Positions 44,942-47,351 of a stretch of 47,351 nt of DNA are shown one piece after another. Source of the DNA: Flavobacteriales bacterium (GTDB lineage: Bacteria > Bacteroidota > Bacteroidia > Flavobacteriales_G > JALEGO01); NCBI GenBank assembly GCA_022763165.1, contig JALEGO010000161.1:1-47351 (forward strand). The letters run 5' to 3'. The notes beneath the pieces were generated by a model. The model saw only the letters and a program-made list of their open reading frames with translations, searched no databases and had not been told where the DNA came from. Within the stretch, counting starts at the first letter, position 1. Every line of letters starts with the position of its first letter. Position numbers and translations under genes: made by a program.

Positions 44942-46042
44942 ATGAAACGATTAAATGTATTATTCGTGCATCTTTTCAACGATTTTAGTGGAAGTCCTTT
45001 AGTCTTGAAAAATGTTGTCACAGGATTGAAAGGTGAAGTAAGTGCCTCTTTGATTACCTCAAACAGCGAAGGTTTTTTATCAAATCTTGAAGTGGATTAC
45101 TATCCTTTTAAGTACACTTTTAAGCGAAACAAATGGCTACGCTTACTTGAATTTCTGATAGCGCAGTGGAAGATTTTCTTTGTGATGATTAACATGAAAA
45201 CGAAAATGGATGTTTGTTATGTGAACACAATCCTGCCATTTGGCGCGGCTTTAGCAGCCAAATTAAAGGGGATAAAAGTGATTTATCATGTGCATGAGAC
45301 ATCCGTGAAGCCTGAAGTATTGAAGAAACTGTTATTGTTTATGGTACAATTCACAGCAGACGAAATAATCTATGTATCTCATTTCCTTGCCAAAAGGGAA
45401 GCTATTTCGGAGGTTAAATCTAGAGTGGTGTACAATGCCTTATCAAAGGAATTTCTAGCTAGAATCGAAAAAGGCAAAGCCCGTAACCGTAAACAAATTT
45501 TGATGTTGAGTTCATTAAAACACTATAAAGGAATTGATCAGTTTGTGGCTCTAGCCAAAAGACTACCACAATTCAATTTTGATTTGGTTGTGAATGCAAG
45601 TTATACTGAAATGGGTGATTATTTTAGTGATCAAAATTTTCCTGAGAACCTGTATCTCTATGATGCTCAGGAAGAGGTGCATCCTTTTTATGCCAATGCG
45701 GATTTAGTGTTAAATCTGTCCATTCCCGATTTATGGCAGGAAACCTTTGGGATGACTGCCTTGGAAGCCATGGCTCATGGCATTCCTGTGATTGTTCCTC
45801 CGGTTGGAGGTATTGCAGAGATCATTGATAATGGAATTCAAGGTCTTCAAATTGATGCAAGAAACTTAGGCGCTTTGATGCATGGTGTTTGTTCAATTCT
45901 GGAAGACCCAAAGGAGTATGATTTGATGTCGAAGGCAGCATATTTTAAATCCAAACTTTTTTCAATAGAAGAACAAATCCGACAGGTTCGACAAATATTA
46001 GACATACATCCGCGTCAACAACGGGAAATACTAGCTGCTTAA
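44942..46042 (+). CDS. glycosyltransferase family 4/1 (GT-B fold)
   Basis: The ORF-track start at 44906 is TTG. The ATG at 44942 gives MKRLNVLFVHLFNDFSGSP. C-terminal motif QETFGMTALEAMAHGIPVIVPPVGGIAEII. Confidence 0.8.
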   Translation: MKRLNVLFVHLFNDFSGSPLVLKNVVTGLKGEVSASLITSNSEGFLSNLEVDYYPFKYTFKRNKWLRLLEFLIAQWKIFFVMINMKTKMDVCYVNTILPFGAALAAKLKGIKVIYHVHETSVKPEVLKKLLLFMVQFTADEIIYVSHFLAKREAISEVKSRVVYNALSKEFLARIEKGKARNRKQILMLSSLKHYKGIDQFVALAKRLPQFNFDLVVNASYTEMGDYFSDQNFPENLYLYDAQEEVHPFYANADLVLNLSIPDLWQETFGMTALEAMAHGIPVIVPPVGGIAEIIDNGIQGLQIDARNLGALMHGVCSILEDPKEYDLMSKAAYFKSKLFSIEEQIRQVRQILDIHPRQQREILAA

Positions 46043-46044
46043 AA

Positions 46045-46078
46045 TTCTCAATTTGAGAAAACACGCTCGTATTTAGAA
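46045..46078 (+). promoter_or_regulatory. composite operator/UAS copy 7: TTCTCAATTTGAGAA plus extension
   Basis: Perfect palindrome starting 3 nt after the stop of the preceding GT gene. Extension AACACGCTCGTATTTAGAA. Confidence 0.55.
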
Positions 46079-46132
46079 AATCAAATAGGCAGCCCCTTAT
46101 ATAACAACATGTAAGTCAAGTAATTAAATGTT

Positions 46133-46148
46133 TGGAATGATCTTTTCA
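46133..46148 (+). promoter_or_regulatory. sigma54-like element (TGG..., atypical -12 TTTC)
   Basis: TGGAATGATCTTTTCA. The GG lies 89 nt from the palindrome start, the same as copy 5. The -12 is TTTC, as in copy 5. The ATG at 46181 is 33 nt downstream. Confidence 0.3.
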
Positions 46149-46180
46149 ACATCCAGTTTAAATTTAGAAAATGAACAAAG

Positions 46181-47351
46181 TAGCAATAATCGGAACAGTT
46201 GGGGTGCCAGCCAATTATGGAGGATTTGAGACCTTGGCCCATCAGCTGGTGATGCAATTGTCTGGAAAATTTGATATGACTGTGTATTGCAGCAAAAAGA
46301 ACTACACAAAAGACGAGCGCATTAATGAATTTAATGGAGCTCGTTTGAAATATTTGCCATTCAGTGCGAATGGCATTCAAAGCATCATTTATGATATTGT
46401 ATCTATACTACATGCATTGTTTTATGCGGATACAATGATTATTCTGGGTGTTTCAGGAGGTTTGATTATCCCTTTTGTCAGATTATTTACCAAAAAGACC
46501 ATCATTGTAAATATTGATGGATTGGAATGGAGAAGAGCGAAATGGAATAGATGGGTGAAGAAGTTTTTAAAACTCTCAGAGCAATTGGCGGTAAAATATT
46601 CTCATGCTGATGTAACCGACAATGAAGCCATTAAAGAGTATACAAGTGTCCATTACGAAACATTAAGTCATCTAATTGAGTATGGATCTGATCATGTTGC
46701 GAAACAGGAACTGGAGCCAGCGGATGTGTTGAAATATCATTTTTTACACAATGACTATGCTTTTGGCGTGTGTAGGATTGAGCCAGAGAATAACATACAT
46801 ATTATCCTAGAAGCATTTTCGAAGAGCCCTTTCAAAACTTTGGTTTTTGTTGGGAATTGGAACAACAGTGAATATGGAAAAGACTTGAAAGCGAAATATA
46901 GTGAATTTGAGAATTTACATCTTTTGGACCCTATTTATGATCAGAAGCAGCTAGATAAATTGAGATCTAATTGCAGTATCTATATCCATGGACACAGTGC
47001 TGGAGGAACCAATCCATCCTTGGTTGAGGCCATGTATTTGGGGTTACCCATTGTTGCCTTTAGAGTCGTATATAATGCTATTACCACTGAACATAAAGCC
47101 ATATATTTCTCTGACAGTGAAGACTTAATTCATAAACTGAATTTACCCAAAGAGTCATATGAAATAAATGGCTTGGTCATGAAATCTATTGCAAACAGAA
47201 GATATACCTGGAACAAGATTGCTGGAAAATATGAGCGTTTGATCCTTGCGTTTGAACACAACTATCAAAAAAGCGGTCTATTCTCTGATTTTCAGAAATA
47301 TTCGCATGCTGAATTACAATTGAGAGGAATAGCTCATTTAAAGCATACAAC
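46181..47351 (+). CDS. glycosyltransferase (GT4 with DUF1972-type N-terminus), 3' end outside the window
   Basis: Absent from the ORF track because there is no stop in the window. My translation from the ATG at 46181 is open for 390 codons to the window end: MNKVAIIGTVGVPANYGGFETLAHQLV...NIDGLEWRRAKWN...VCRIEPENNIHIILEAF...HGHSAGGTNPSLVEAMYLGLPIVAF. The IGTxGxPxxYGGFET start is typical of DUF1972 glycosyltransferases in capsule/O-antigen loci. Confidence 0.8.

Noticed and set aside
26463-46059. Reading the TTCTCAAWTTGAGAA palindromes as transcription terminators of the preceding genes, since several lie 3-60 nt after a stop codon
   Set aside because: A 7-bp AT-rich stem with a 1-nt loop cannot form a stable hairpin, and there is no consistent T-tract. 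Copy 1 lies in a divergent promoter region with no upstream gene end. The conserved one-sided extension and fixed distance to GG-N10-C boxes fit a DNA operator better.
46081-46380. Minus-strand ORFs 46081-46380 and 46124-46309
   Set aside because: They lie antisense to the 5' end of a strong plus-strand glycosyltransferase frame (46181 to window end). The ORF track omits that frame only because it has no in-window stop.
33161-47351. Absence of an initiating phosphoglycosyl transferase (WbaP/WecA type) and nucleotide-sugar synthesis genes in the EPS cluster
   Set aside because: The cluster clearly continues past the right edge of the window, so their absence here says nothing.

Overview
AT-rich chromosomal segment that looks Bacteroidota-like: it has a T9SS C-terminal sorting domain, TPR/LytS-type kinases with a LytTR regulator, TAnnTTTG-type promoter boxes and frequent ATGA/TAATG gene overlaps. 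All calls come from reading the sequence and ORF translations by eye; no searches were run. There are three neighbourhoods. (1) 1-12.2 kb holds the 3' end of one RHS/YD-repeat polymorphic toxin gene. It is followed by a translationally coupled operon (YiiX-like hydrolase, aminotransferase, PRPP-synthetase-like protein, small hypothetical). A complete ~2,440-aa RHS protein with an unrecognisable 236-aa C-terminal domain converges on that operon. (2) 12.3-26.3 kb holds a TPR/LytS-type sensor kinase plus LytTR response regulator directly upstream of the RHS gene. It also holds RidA, a fructosamine kinase, a second orphan TPR/LytS kinase, an esterase lipoprotein with a beta-barrel-like protein, and a 2,138-aa FG-GAP/ASPIC adhesin-like protein with a T9SS sorting tail. 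(3) 26.4-47.35 kb holds a signalling and exopolysaccharide island. Its signalling genes are a sigma54-dependent NtrC-type response regulator, a stand-alone receiver, an sGC-beta-like H-NOX heme sensor and a 1,160-aa HNOBA-PAS hybrid histidine kinase with Hpt. Its EPS genes are a membrane-anchored receiver heading a wza-wzc-wzx-GT-wzy operon, an unusual three-domain kinase/nucleotidyltransferase fusion, an acetyltransferase and three more glycosyltransferases; the last one runs off the window and is absent from the ORF track. The most interesting signal is cis-regulatory. A 15-bp palindrome, TTCTCAAWTTGAGAA, carries a conserved 19-bp extension. It recurs in intergenic regions of the island and of the divergent adhesin gene, each time 88-90 bp upstream of a GG-N10-(T/G)C sigma54-like element. 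This suggests an undescribed H-NOX -> hybrid kinase -> sigma54 activator -> EPS/adhesin regulon. No rRNA, tRNA, CRISPR array or IS element was seen.
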